A stretch of 45,792 nucleotides of DNA from a virus (taxonomy: Duplodnaviria; Heunggongvirae; Uroviricota; Caudoviricetes): the IMG/VR virus record IMGVR_UViG_3300037225_000328, positions 1 to 45,792 of that record. One strand, written 5' to 3'. Numbering within the stretch: position 1 is the first letter of the stretch; the number at the start of each line of letters is the position of its first letter. This document shows, in pieces, positions 16,889 to 25,014 of the stretch. A program made the translations under genes and the position numbers. Below the pieces are notes generated by a model. The model saw nothing but the letters and a program-made list of their open reading frames with translations, was not told the origin of the DNA and did not search any database.

Positions 16889-17318
16889 TATAATTACCGC
16901 GTTCGTCAACTACTCCCATTTTTAGATGTCGTCCAAATGCGGGAAGTGTCCGAAACTCTTCTTTTGGAATAGTGATAACTGTAGACCCCTCATGATGGCC
17001 CCGTACATAATCGGCGACCCCGTGAGAAGGATATATCGCTACAGTGGGATGTGACAACGACACCCAACCTTCGGATTCCCCGTCATCATAACCAAGATAC
17101 TCAAACTGTCCATCAACCTTCCGACGAACCGCATAGACATTGGGCTCTAAGACGCGAAGTTGTTGTTTACGTAAGATAAGGGCTTGCTGTAAAGCTGTAA
17201 CCTCATCCCAACTCATCTTACCGATTGCTTTTATCCAATTCACGTATTCGCTCCTTGTATTTGGCGTATAGATTATGTAAATCTTGTTTAGCAGTCGAAA
17301 CTTGAAGTTTGGCATCAT
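16881..17318 (-). CDS. hypothetical protein
   Basis: ORF; true start likely downstream. Confidence 0.55.
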   Translation of the reverse strand: MMPNFKFRLLNKIYIIYTPNTRSEYVNWIKAIGKMSWDEVTALQQALILRKQQLRVLEPNVYAVRRKVDGQFEYLGYDDGESEGWVSLSHPTVAIYPSHGVADYVRGHHEGSTVITIPKEEFRTLPAFGRHLKMGVVDERGNYNG

Positions 17319-17523
17319 GAAGTTTTCGTCGAAGATACTTTCTCATCCAGGTATAAGCTTCTTTCAAATCTGTAAAGATATTTTCTTCATAAACCTTAAA
17401 TTCAATTTGAAACTTATCTTTAACCCATAGACTTTGGTTATCAATGCGTTTAATTACTCGAAGTTTTTCAAGCCCATATTTCGTTGCCATGTATACAATT
17501 GGTTCATTCATCTTTAATCTCAT
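17218..17523 (-). CDS. hypothetical protein
   Basis: ORF in run. Confidence 0.6.
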   Translation of the reverse strand: MRLKMNEPIVYMATKYGLEKLRVIKRIDNQSLWVKDKFQIEFKVYEENIFTDLKEAYTWMRKYLRRKLHDAKLQVSTAKQDLHNLYAKYKERIRELDKSNR

Positions 17524-17995
17524 TTAAAGTGGCAAACTCGCCAAAATATTTTAAAGCCGCTTCATTATATGCTTTTGCTGCATCTATTTTAGTATCAAAG
17601 AATCCTAAAGAAATAAATTTATTATCAACTTGAATTTGAGCCCGCCATTTAGATCCATGTTTAAATTGGGAAACACCTTTATAGCCAGATGTATTATTTT
17701 TATATTTTCTTCGATGAGCAGAATTTTGAGAATCTGTTGCTAACCGTAAATTATCTCTTTGATTATTTAGTCCATTTCTATCTATATGATCTACCTCCCC
17801 TAGAATTCCCATTCTTTCAGCAATAGTTTGATGCATACAAATAGTTTTTCGTGGGGGATTTTTTCTGCTTGTTTTTCGTCTTGCGTAGAATGTAAATCCT
17901 ATTTTAGCAGCATACCACTTCCATTTCATCAAGATATCATAATCTTGGTCATCTAATAGAGCAAACTTGTCTTGTGAGAGTAGTATCTGTTTCAT
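17504..17995 (-). CDS. HNH-AP2 homing endonuclease
   Basis: VDHIDRNGLNNQRDNLR, NTSGYKGV, AAKAYNEAA. Confidence 0.92.
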   Translation of the reverse strand: MKQILLSQDKFALLDDQDYDILMKWKWYAAKIGFTFYARRKTSRKNPPRKTICMHQTIAERMGILGEVDHIDRNGLNNQRDNLRLATDSQNSAHRRKYKNNTSGYKGVSQFKHGSKWRAQIQVDNKFISLGFFDTKIDAAKAYNEAALKYFGEFATLNEIKDE

Positions 17996-18429
17996 CCTGC
18001 ATACCTTTCAGCAGCAGCAAGATCGTTCCATTCGTCAGATTTCTCTTCTTCGTAACTTTTATTCTTCCAATCGACAATATCATTTAATTTAGTTTTAACA
18101 AATTTAAGTCCGTGTTTAGAAACTTCTCGGAGTACCCGGTCTACTATAAAAGTTGCTACAGTTCCTTTATATCGCGCAATTTCCGTTGGACCCCCATCAA
18201 AGATTATATTAATTTCAGTCAACGGGCGAAAACAATCTGCGCTCTTCAACATACTACTAACCGAAGTCTGAAAGGCAGTGCCTCTTAATGTAAAAAAATC
18301 CTGCTCGTATCCACCTAGATTTTTAAGGAGAATACACGCCTGAACAGTATCGAATGTATTAACAAGGGCCATAATTGCAGTAATTAGTGATCGTCGCTTA
18401 TTCTCGGTTTCAATCTCTTGGTGCATCAT
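17992..18429 (-). CDS. hypothetical protein
   Basis: coupled ORF. Confidence 0.65.
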   Translation of the reverse strand: MMHQEIETENKRRSLITAIMALVNTFDTVQACILLKNLGGYEQDFFTLRGTAFQTSVSSMLKSADCFRPLTEINIIFDGGPTEIARYKGTVATFIVDRVLREVSKHGLKFVKTKLNDIVDWKNKSYEEEKSDEWNDLAAAERYAG

Positions 18430-18592
18430 TTAACAATACTTTCTGGTCGGGTTTCATCCATCGAAGAAGATTAGTAAATGACTGACCAATGAATACTCGT
18501 ACTATAGGTGCTGCCTCGACTATTAGACCATTTGATACTTTAACTCCGACCGTCATTCGAGGACTTGATAACCACCACTTATCCATTTGCAT
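18410..18592 (-). CDS. hypothetical protein
   Basis: WWLSSPRMTVGV..NG.I..AAPIVR.FIGQ resembles a recurrent small phage family. Confidence 0.6.
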   Translation of the reverse strand: MQMDKWWLSSPRMTVGVKVSNGLIVEAAPIVRVFIGQSFTNLLRWMKPDQKVLLNDAPRD

Positions 18593-18887
18593 TAGCCACT
18601 AAATTATACCATAATTTTGTATCTGGATCAAGATTTTCTAGTTTTTTTAGTAAAATATTTTTCGCAGATTTCATCCAACCATTATCCGCTAACCATTTAG
18701 CTGCAATTACTATGCCAGATTGTGTAATAATTTGATGAATTTTTACATCGTAAACATTTACTTCTGGTGGGGTTGGCGGGCAGCCGCTCCCATCAGGGTA
18801 ATAAGGCACGCCTGGATCTCCGGGTGTAAAGAAATAAAGGATCTCGGCGTCAAAAACATCATCAATTAAATGATAGATACATTTCAT
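18579..18887 (-). CDS. hypothetical protein
   Basis: ATGA-coupled ORF. Confidence 0.65.
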   Translation of the reverse strand: MKCIYHLIDDVFDAEILYFFTPGDPGVPYYPDGSGCPPTPPEVNVYDVKIHQIITQSGIVIAAKWLADNGWMKSAKNILLKKLENLDPDTKLWYNLVANANG

Positions 18888-19174
18888 ACTTGTTGCTCAT
18901 TCCACGCCATAATTTCGCTACAAAGTTCATTAAACTTCTTTATCGCGGATCCACGTCCCTTGAAAACATAGACAATTCTGGTGTTGAATTTATGCAATCT
19001 CTTGTTGCTATAATGCCCCGCTTCTCTAAGAACTATACGGGCATACATTTCCGGGCCGACAACCCACTTATTATTTTTTGCATGAAAAATGGCCGTTCGC
19101 ATCCCTGTGTTATGGCAACCAAAAAACTCCGGGCCTAGAAATCCTTTTCCAAGGTCCAATTTTGGGATCTTCAT
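18884..19174 (-). CDS. hypothetical protein
   Basis: ATGA-coupled ORF. Confidence 0.6.
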   Translation of the reverse strand: MKIPKLDLGKGFLGPEFFGCHNTGMRTAIFHAKNNKWVVGPEMYARIVLREAGHYSNKRLHKFNTRIVYVFKGRGSAIKKFNELCSEIMAWNEQQV

Positions 19175-19470
19175 GGTGTCACCGGATGGATAATCTCAAT
19201 CTCTTCATATTCATAGCCTTGGTCGCTACGTATATTTAGAAGATTAATAATCGCCCTTATGTCTCCACCCTTTGCCTTGTAGTAAAACATTTCTTGGTCG
19301 CTATCAAGATCGTCAGGATTACCATAATAGCCCCACTCATCCATCACACGAAACAAATGAAGATATGCCTTATCTCGCTCAGCTTCATTACGGGCATAAA
19401 CGGGGTAATCCCCATGCTTTGCTTTAAGAATTAGTACCATCGGCACTCCTGTATAATTCGCGTTCGGCAA
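19171..19470 (-). CDS. hypothetical protein
   Basis: ORF in run. Confidence 0.6.
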   Translation of the reverse strand: MPNANYTGVPMVLILKAKHGDYPVYARNEAERDKAYLHLFRVMDEWGYYGNPDDLDSDQEMFYYKAKGGDIRAIINLLNIRSDQGYEYEEIEIIHPVTP

Positions 19471-19723
19471 TTAGTTGCTTTAATTCAGCCAAATTAGTTA
19501 TTGAAGTTTGAATACTCTGCGAGAGAGTAACACAATCTCTACGCAATTTATCCATGCGCTTCTTCCACTGCTCTAATTGAAATTCCCCATGCTCCAAAGC
19601 AGCAGTGGCTTCCAGCCGCATTTGTTTCATTTCAGGAATTCTAGCCTCATAGGCATCCCGAAGAATACAATATCGAGAGTAATCATCAGGAGCCTTATTG
19701 AGTAATTCTTGCCAGTTGTCCAT
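19424..19723 (-). CDS. hypothetical coiled-coil protein (leaderless)
   Basis: ATG 6 nt after TTGACA-16-TAGGAT. Confidence 0.75.
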   Translation of the reverse strand: MDNWQELLNKAPDDYSRYCILRDAYEARIPEMKQMRLEATAALEHGEFQLEQWKKRMDKLRRDCVTLSQSIQTSITNLAELKQLIAERELYRSADGTNS

Positions 19724-19729
19724 ACTATA

Positions 19730-19757
19730 ATCCTACCATCAAGTTTCAAGTTGTCAA
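19730..19757 (-). promoter_or_regulatory. sigma70-like promoter
   Basis: TTGACA-16nt-TAGGAT-6nt-ATG. Confidence 0.8.
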
Positions 19758-20105
19758 GTTAAAAATACCCCATTCCGAGTCGGAAATTGAATAGTAGCAG
19801 CGTTTCACACCCCGGAGCCGCATCGCCCCTTGACACCGCCTGCAAGGCCGGGCGAGGGCCAAGGTGCCATCCGAATGTATTCTGACAACATAGACCGTGC
19901 TTCCCCAATCAAGCTTCTTAGTGACCCGTGCTTCGGCATGGGCGAGAGGATTAGGCGTCCTAGAAACAATGTTGCTTGCGGTAACAACTGCCCCATCGGT
20001 GCGGATACCGACCGCCCCCACACGATAATGACGATTAGCCTCCTTGCAATCACCTTTAAGGGCTACTTGACGTGCTATACGAAAATACTTATCAATTTGA
20101 GCCAT
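19746..20105 (-). CDS. Zn-dependent cytidine/dCMP-deaminase-fold protein
   Basis: VGAV, HAEAR, PCRRC, GVKRCYYS. Confidence 0.85.
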   Translation of the reverse strand: MAQIDKYFRIARQVALKGDCKEANRHYRVGAVGIRTDGAVVTASNIVSRTPNPLAHAEARVTKKLDWGSTVYVVRIHSDGTLALARPCRRCQGAMRLRGVKRCYYSISDSEWGIFNLTT

Positions 20106-20107
20106 AG

Positions 20108-20179
20108 TCGGAATGGGTGGAATCGAACCACCATCTGGGCCTTATAAGAGTCCGGTCCTAACCATTGAACGACATTCCG
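20108..20179 (-). tRNA. tRNA-Ile(UAU)
   Basis: cloverleaf CGGAATG/CATTCCG-A, loop CT-TAT-AA, TTCGATT; no CCA. Confidence 0.88.
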
Positions 20180-20182
20180 CAA

Positions 20183-20256
20183 TAGTGGGCGAAGGACTCG
20201 AACCTTCACTGTTCACGTTCTAAGCGTGATGCCTCCTTCCATTGGGCTAGCCCACC
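20183..20256 (-). tRNA. tRNA-Leu(UAG), short variable loop
   Basis: TCACG-CT-TAG-AA-CGTGA; 5-nt V-loop; G1:U72, A73. Confidence 0.85.
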
Positions 20257-20262
20257 ATTAAG

Positions 20263-20335
20263 TAGCAGGGATCGGACTCGAACCGATACTACCGACATTT
20301 TGAGTGTCGTGACTCTTCCATTGGTCTACCCTGCC
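20263..20335 (-). tRNA. tRNA-Leu(CAA), short variable loop
   Basis: CGACA-CT-CAA-AA-TGTCG; 5-nt V-loop; G1:U72, A73. Confidence 0.87.
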
Positions 20336-20768
20336 AAGTTTTATTTTGTCTAATATTTCTAATTGATTTTCGATCAACATCAAACTGTCGAGCTAAACTT
20401 GAAACACTATTATTTGATAGTCTAATTGCTAATACTTGACTCCAATTTAATTTAGCCCGACCATTGTTAATATCTTTTGCACTTCGTTTTCGTTGAACCC
20501 GATCATAAACATTATCACTATGAGTTCCCGATTTTAAATGATTTGGATTAACACAATTAGGAACATCACAAGTATGACGAATTACTTCTGTTAGTATAAG
20601 TCCCTCCAAAAATGCTGCAATGCGATGGGCTCGATAATGCTTATTATTTATACAAAAATAACCGTAACCTTCGCTGTCTATACCGCCGCCCCACAACCAA
20701 CAAGAATCAGATGAACCTTTCTTGTAGCAACCATAAAAGCGTTTAATTTGTTCTTCAGTCAAATTCAT
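20289..20768 (-). CDS. HNH homing endonuclease inside tRNA array
   Basis: CWLWGG, RAHRIA, RHTCDVPNCVNPNHL; C-terminus overlaps tRNA-Leu(CAA). Confidence 0.9.
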   Translation of the reverse strand: MNLTEEQIKRFYGCYKKGSSDSCWLWGGGIDSEGYGYFCINNKHYRAHRIAAFLEGLILTEVIRHTCDVPNCVNPNHLKSGTHSDNVYDRVQRKRSAKDINNGRAKLNWSQVLAIRLSNNSVSSLARQFDVDRKSIRNIRQNKTWQGRPMEESRHSKCR

Positions 20769-20770
20769 AG

Positions 20771-20843
20771 TGAGCCCGGCAGGGATCGAACCTGCGACCT
20801 AGCGGTTAAAAGCCGCTTGCTCTACCAATTGAGCTACGAGCCC
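20771..20843 (-). tRNA. tRNA-Lys(UUU)
   Basis: canonical cloverleaf, AGCGG-CT-TTT-AA-CCGCT. Confidence 0.95.
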
Positions 20844-20847
20844 CAAG

Positions 20848-20935
20848 TGGGTAATGAAGGAATCGAACCCTTTCGGCAGCCACCTTGCATCTTTTACGCC
20901 AAGCGGTTTACAGCCGCACGCAAGGAACATCACCC
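20848..20935 (-). tRNA. atypical tRNA-Tyr(GUA)-like RNA lacking a normal D-arm
   Basis: GGGTGAT/ATTACCC-A acceptor, GCGG-CTGTAAA-CCGC, TTCGATT loop; about 28-nt extra region. Confidence 0.6.
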
Positions 20936-20946
20936 ATATTTATAAA

Positions 20947-21014
20947 TCGGGCCTGTGGGACTCAAACCCACAACCTCCCGGTTCCTCCCGGTGCTCCTAT
21001 TAAGCTAAGGCCCG
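20947..21014 (-). pseudogene. degenerate tRNA (Pro-like; 6-nt anticodon loop GAGGAA)
   Basis: CGGGCCT/AGGCCCG-A acceptor, GTGGG-TTTGAGT-CCCAC T-arm. Confidence 0.55.
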
Positions 21015-21033
21015 CCAAATTCCTATAGAAACT

Positions 21034-21255
21034 TTAATCATAATCATGGATTGCATAATAATCGCGGGCTTCATCCCAACCAGCCTCATGCGCACGATCC
21101 CACACACCGCTCACAAGAGGCATAGCAGCATTGGCACAAGTCTCATAGCCATTATGCCACGCCAGGCGTGCTAATTCCTTGATTGTATCAAGACGATTAC
21201 TTTCCATGTGAGAAATGTCAAGTGCCCGCCACCACTTGTCAAAGTAAGTTGTCAT
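21034..21255 (-). CDS. hypothetical protein (leaderless; start revised to MTTYF)
   Basis: ATG 6 nt after TTGACA-16-TATGAT. Confidence 0.7.
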   Translation of the reverse strand: MTTYFDKWWRALDISHMESNRLDTIKELARLAWHNGYETCANAAMPLVSGVWDRAHEAGWDEARDYYAIHDYD

Positions 21256-21261
21256 ACTACA

Positions 21262-21289
21262 ATCATAGCACAATTTTTCAGATTGTCAA
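21262..21289 (-). promoter_or_regulatory. sigma70-like promoter, probably driving the tRNA array
   Basis: TTGACA-16nt-TATGAT-6nt-ATG. Confidence 0.8.
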
Positions 21290-21561
21290 GCCGGGGTACT
21301 GATTATTTTCAAGAAGCGCCTACTCAGGCGGCGAAGAGTCTTTACCCGCTTAGTATTCTGTAGAATCTGAAATTCTGTCCGTTCAAAGTCAATATCCGGA
21401 ATACGTGTTACAATCAATTTATCCGTAAATCCCATCCGGCGGGCGGCACGTCGGCATTTTAGAAACGCAGCTTTTACAACACTACGTTTTTCGTGGTAGA
21501 AAAGAAAAAACGGATAAAACTTATCAACCTGTGGTTGTTTCACTAAGATCGCATAGTTCAT
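21286..21561 (-). CDS. hypothetical basic protein
   Basis: start revised to MNYAIL (GGGAG SD). Confidence 0.55.
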   Translation of the reverse strand: MNYAILVKQPQVDKFYPFFLFYHEKRSVVKAAFLKCRRAARRMGFTDKLIVTRIPDIDFERTEFQILQNTKRVKTLRRLSRRFLKIISTPA

Positions 21562-22279
21562 TTGCTGACTCCCATAGTTCCTTGATATCATTGTAATGTG
21601 GCTCAATATTTGATAGCATTCTCCACGGCACATCTGCTATGTGTGATTTAACAATAAACGTGCCATTTTTTTCTTCATATGATAAATCTTTAGTCCAACA
21701 TTGTCCTATTCCAGCAAGCATTTCGTGCATTGCAGTACGATTCTTTCCTTGCAAATCACAATGCGAAAAGAATTGACGTGTATAAAGACTTAAAGAGTTT
21801 CGTTGCCAATCAGTAGCTCGCCAGAGAAAATAGTTTACTACTTCCTGTTCAGGAATATTAAAGGCTCTAGCATCAAATGCAGCGGGGGATCGACTATAAA
21901 AACCAAAGGCATTTAACATCTTGTTAAAGTGGCCACCAAAAACGGACGCTGATACTGATTCCACTTTTGATTGATTATATCCAAACCAAGCATCAGTTGT
22001 CAAAGTATCATAATCTGTTAGCACAAAGCTTGCTTCGTCACTTTGAATATAGGCCAGCTTGCAACCCTGCATATCATCCGCAAGCGCCCTGGCAGCCATC
22101 ACCATAGACCGCATGATACCGTGGTCAAACGGACTATTACATTGACGAGTGAAAGTGGAAAAGGCACGACCATCAACTCTTATAATTACAGGTATCCGGC
22201 GTGTTAAATAATGTCGTGCCGGATTTTCATAGTTTAACTTTATTCTTTTTGCTAGTTCAGAATGGTCAGGCATCAACAT
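21524..22279 (-). CDS. thg1: tRNA(His) guanylyltransferase / Thg1-like 3'-5' polymerase
   Basis: RVDGRAFSTFT, PFD, YIQSDEASF, FDAR, WRATDWQRNS. Confidence 0.92.
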   Translation of the reverse strand: MLMPDHSELAKRIKLNYENPARHYLTRRIPVIIRVDGRAFSTFTRQCNSPFDHGIMRSMVMAARALADDMQGCKLAYIQSDEASFVLTDYDTLTTDAWFGYNQSKVESVSASVFGGHFNKMLNAFGFYSRSPAAFDARAFNIPEQEVVNYFLWRATDWQRNSLSLYTRQFFSHCDLQGKNRTAMHEMLAGIGQCWTKDLSYEEKNGTFIVKSHIADVPWRMLSNIEPHYNDIKELWESANELCDLSETTTG

Positions 22280-22800
22280 TTACTCCTAATTTGGTCGGCT
22301 GGTACATAGTTAAGGGCTGCTTGTTTTGCGGCTTCAAATGTTGAGTGTTTATCAGGTACAAAAATATGACCTTTATTGCTACATAGATAATAATGCCGAC
22401 CTTCCGGCCACTTAGCAATTGTAATAATTTCATCCTCTAACTTATCTGGCCACGCCAACCTCTCTGACTCAACTGTTGAAAGAATTCTAGTCTCATGGTA
22501 TGGAATAAATCCACCGTTTCTATTAACTAAAATTGTATCGCTGCTTAAATACCTCTGAACACTTAACACCCACTGTTCAGCTAAATAGCGTGGATTATAG
22601 TATGGGTGCCCATTAAAGTGGGGATCAGTACCAAATTTACTATAATACATTGCTGTTACACCCAAATGGAGATCCATTAGGGTTGCAAAATCGCCTGGGC
22701 GTAATTCTAAATACCAACCCGTAAGATTAGGCAATTTAAGATGAGGCTGACAGCGATGAAATCGGTAAATCATTTCAGATGTAGCTTTCGTAGAATCCAA
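22273..22800 (-). CDS. hypothetical protein
   Basis: 175-aa ORF. Confidence 0.7.
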   Translation of the reverse strand: MDSTKATSEMIYRFHRCQPHLKLPNLTGWYLELRPGDFATLMDLHLGVTAMYYSKFGTDPHFNGHPYYNPRYLAEQWVLSVQRYLSSDTILVNRNGGFIPYHETRILSTVESERLAWPDKLEDEIITIAKWPEGRHYYLCSNKGHIFVPDKHSTFEAAKQAALNYVPADQIRSKC

Positions 22801-23138
22801 TCCTTAGTAGATCGGAGAAAACTTTCAATCCGAATCAGCCAAAGAATGCCGGGGCCACCAATTCCCTCGGGTGTATCATCAATCCATATCGTGACATTGT
22901 ATCCAGCCGCTTTGCAAGCTGGCCTCTTGAATTTATTTCCACAGAATACTATCTTTACCCCAATTGGCAAATTTTCCTTTAGGTGGCATTCTTCCCAATG
23001 AGAAAACTTCCGTGATGTTGCGCAAATAATGGTATAACCATGTAACTGAAGAAGCCTAATTATATTTGACCAAACTTCGGGATCTGCGGTAAATGTATCA
23101 TCAAAATCAATAGCAATTGCATCTTTATGTTTCCACAT
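22770..23138 (-). CDS. HAD-superfamily phosphatase-like
   Basis: IAIDFDDT, ATSR, K, WIDD. Confidence 0.75.
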   Translation of the reverse strand: MWKHKDAIAIDFDDTFTADPEVWSNIIRLLQLHGYTIICATSRKFSHWEECHLKENLPIGVKIVFCGNKFKRPACKAAGYNVTIWIDDTPEGIGGPGILWLIRIESFLRSTKDWILRKLHLK

Positions 23139-23343
23139 GTTTTATTCCCCAGAGTCTTGTAATTTCAATCTTAGCTTCGGCAATCTGAACATCCTGGGAT
23201 AATCGTTTTATGCGGGCTTCACCTTTAATATCTTTTACTAAATCCGGCAGTCGATTAAGTGCATCATGAATTGATGGGGAACGAGTTAATATCTTATATG
23301 GCACCCATTTATCAAGAAGGCACACTTCAATAAGAAATTTCAT
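23125..23343 (-). CDS. hypothetical protein
   Basis: AGGAG SD. Confidence 0.65.
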   Translation of the reverse strand: MKFLIEVCLLDKWVPYKILTRSPSIHDALNRLPDLVKDIKGEARIKRLSQDVQIAEAKIEITRLWGIKHVET

Positions 23344-23564
23344 ATAAAATACTCTCCTTGTGGTAAACTATTCCATTTAATTCCTACACGATTTAATGTA
23401 TGATAACCCCGGTATATTTGCAAAGCCTCACATACTGACACGGCGGCTATTTCTCCGTGGGAATCCCGAAGTTTTTCCTTTAATCATAATTTATTTCCCT
23501 CTCTATATCTTTGATGAAAATTTGACAAAATTTTATTTCTGTTGTTTCTTAACATTAAGTTTCA

Positions 23565-24098
23565 TTAGACTTCATTACCCCAACAATCCCAACCTGAAAC
23601 TTTTTCTCGGGCAAACAATTCAATTCGTGGTAAATCTCCGCATAATTCAACAATTCTACCCCGTACCACAGCAGGTTTTTGACTATGCCTTTCAATTGGG
23701 GTGTCAATTACTGAACTAACAGCCGCCGAAAGTCTTTTAGGATGTCCACGAGTAGCAAGCAAACACAACTCAGCGTTTGCACGAGTCCAACGACCCATAC
23801 CCCAGAACCATGAAGGAGTTTTCTTATTACGCTTAACCCAAGTGAAGGCGCAAGTTTTATATTCAAATCCCCACTTCTTGATTAGTTCCCAACATTCATT
23901 AAGCTTTGGCATCGTAACCCAAAGAAATAAACAACAATCATCGTCGGCAATATCAACAACTGGTAAATCTTCAATCCATTGCATACTCTGGGTTGGGTAT
24001 TTACAACATGCGCCCCTATTACCGGCCAGGGCCTTATCTCGATAAGACCACGGTGGGTCCGCATATATAATTTGATACTTTTTATCTGGCAGGTGCAT
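23565..24098 (-). CDS. MT-A70 family adenine methyltransferase
   Basis: IIYADPPWSY, LFLWVT, WGFEYKT..FTWVK, HSQKP, RIELFARE. Confidence 0.92.
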   Translation of the reverse strand: MHLPDKKYQIIYADPPWSYRDKALAGNRGACCKYPTQSMQWIEDLPVVDIADDDCCLFLWVTMPKLNECWELIKKWGFEYKTCAFTWVKRNKKTPSWFWGMGRWTRANAELCLLATRGHPKRLSAAVSSVIDTPIERHSQKPAVVRGRIVELCGDLPRIELFAREKVSGWDCWGNEV

Positions 24099-25014
24099 AT
24101 AGAAGATGCTCCACAGGCTTTAAGGCTTCCCGCTTCAACTCATCGTATCCTCGAATAGTTTCAATAAACCAGCGGACACGCAAGCAATGACTACCGTGGG
24201 CTCCGAGAGAGTCACTTCCAAATAGAACGGCTCCTAACGTACCATCAGGCTTAAATAGTGGTCCACCGGAATCCCCACTTCGGGCCGCAGCATCCATTGC
24301 TACAATATCATTAGGCTCGCGTCCACCGGGACTAAAGAAATGTTGAATAGTTCCAGTAACTTCTCGGTAGTCTCCAGAACCAAAACCGCAAACAGTTAGC
24401 CTATCTCCAATTCTCGGGGCTACATCACTGAGTTGTGAAACTGAAAATCGCTGATCAATAACCAATACGGCTAAATCCCAAGTCTTATTAGTAGCAATTA
24501 CCTTTGCTGGCAGCCCATTAACCTTAAACTCGTATCCATCCCGAACAACATGCCAGGCCGTAATAATTAAAGACTGGTTTGTAGTGGCAATGCAAGTACC
24601 ACTCCCAAGAGAACTCATTCTATGCTCAACTGCTTCCACTCTAACTACCGAGGGGCGGGCGACATACGGATTAGGAATAATAAGTGGATTCGGAGTAGGA
24701 GCCGGTACAGGGTAAGGAACCGGATAAGGCTCAGGCACCGGCACTGGATAAGGCTCAGGCACCGGCACTGGATACGGTGCTGGGGGATAAATAGGATAGG
24801 GGCAAGGAATTGGAATAGGCACTGGCACTGGGCGCGGAGGCGTCGGAGGGACTGGCCGGGGCGGTACTGGCCGGGGCGGTACTGGCCGGGGCGGCGTCGG
24901 TGGCTTAGGGGGCACTGGTTTAGTTGCCACAGCACTATTAACATGAATTGTGACCGTGGGCGCAGCCATTGCCATAGAACCACAGAGTAGAATAATCAGT
25001 AAAAGTTTCTTCAT
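24082..25014 (-). CDS. secreted trypsin-like serine protease with Pro-rich N-terminal region
   Basis: signal peptide MKKLLLIILLCGSMAMAA; TAWHV, DLAVL, GDSGGP triad; TAATG-coupled start. Confidence 0.88.
   Translation of the reverse strand: MKKLLLIILLCGSMAMAAPTVTIHVNSAVATKPVPPKPPTPPRPVPPRPVPPRPVPPTPPRPVPVPIPIPCPYPIYPPAPYPVPVPEPYPVPVPEPYPVPYPVPAPTPNPLIIPNPYVARPSVVRVEAVEHRMSSLGSGTCIATTNQSLIITAWHVVRDGYEFKVNGLPAKVIATNKTWDLAVLVIDQRFSVSQLSDVAPRIGDRLTVCGFGSGDYREVTGTIQHFFSPGGREPNDIVAMDAAARSGDSGGPLFKPDGTLGAVLFGSDSLGAHGSHCLRVRWFIETIRGYDELKREALKPVEHLLYAPAR
24722..24894. repeat. coding tandem repeats (24-bp x2, 15-bp x3)
   Basis: GGATAAGGCTCAGGCACCGGCACT at 24722 and 24746; ACTGGCCGGGGCGGT at 24851, 24866, 24881; encode PVPVPEPY and PPRPV. 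Confidence 0.85.

Noticed and set aside
10545-20946. T4-like late promoters TATAAAT(A) near 10550, 12040 and 20940
   Set aside because: Too few and expected by chance in AT-rich DNA; no consistent spacing.
23344-23564. Gap ORFs or readthrough (MIKGK...SM-TGA-GFAN)
   Set aside because: No frame gives a convincing protein or recoding signal; left unannotated.
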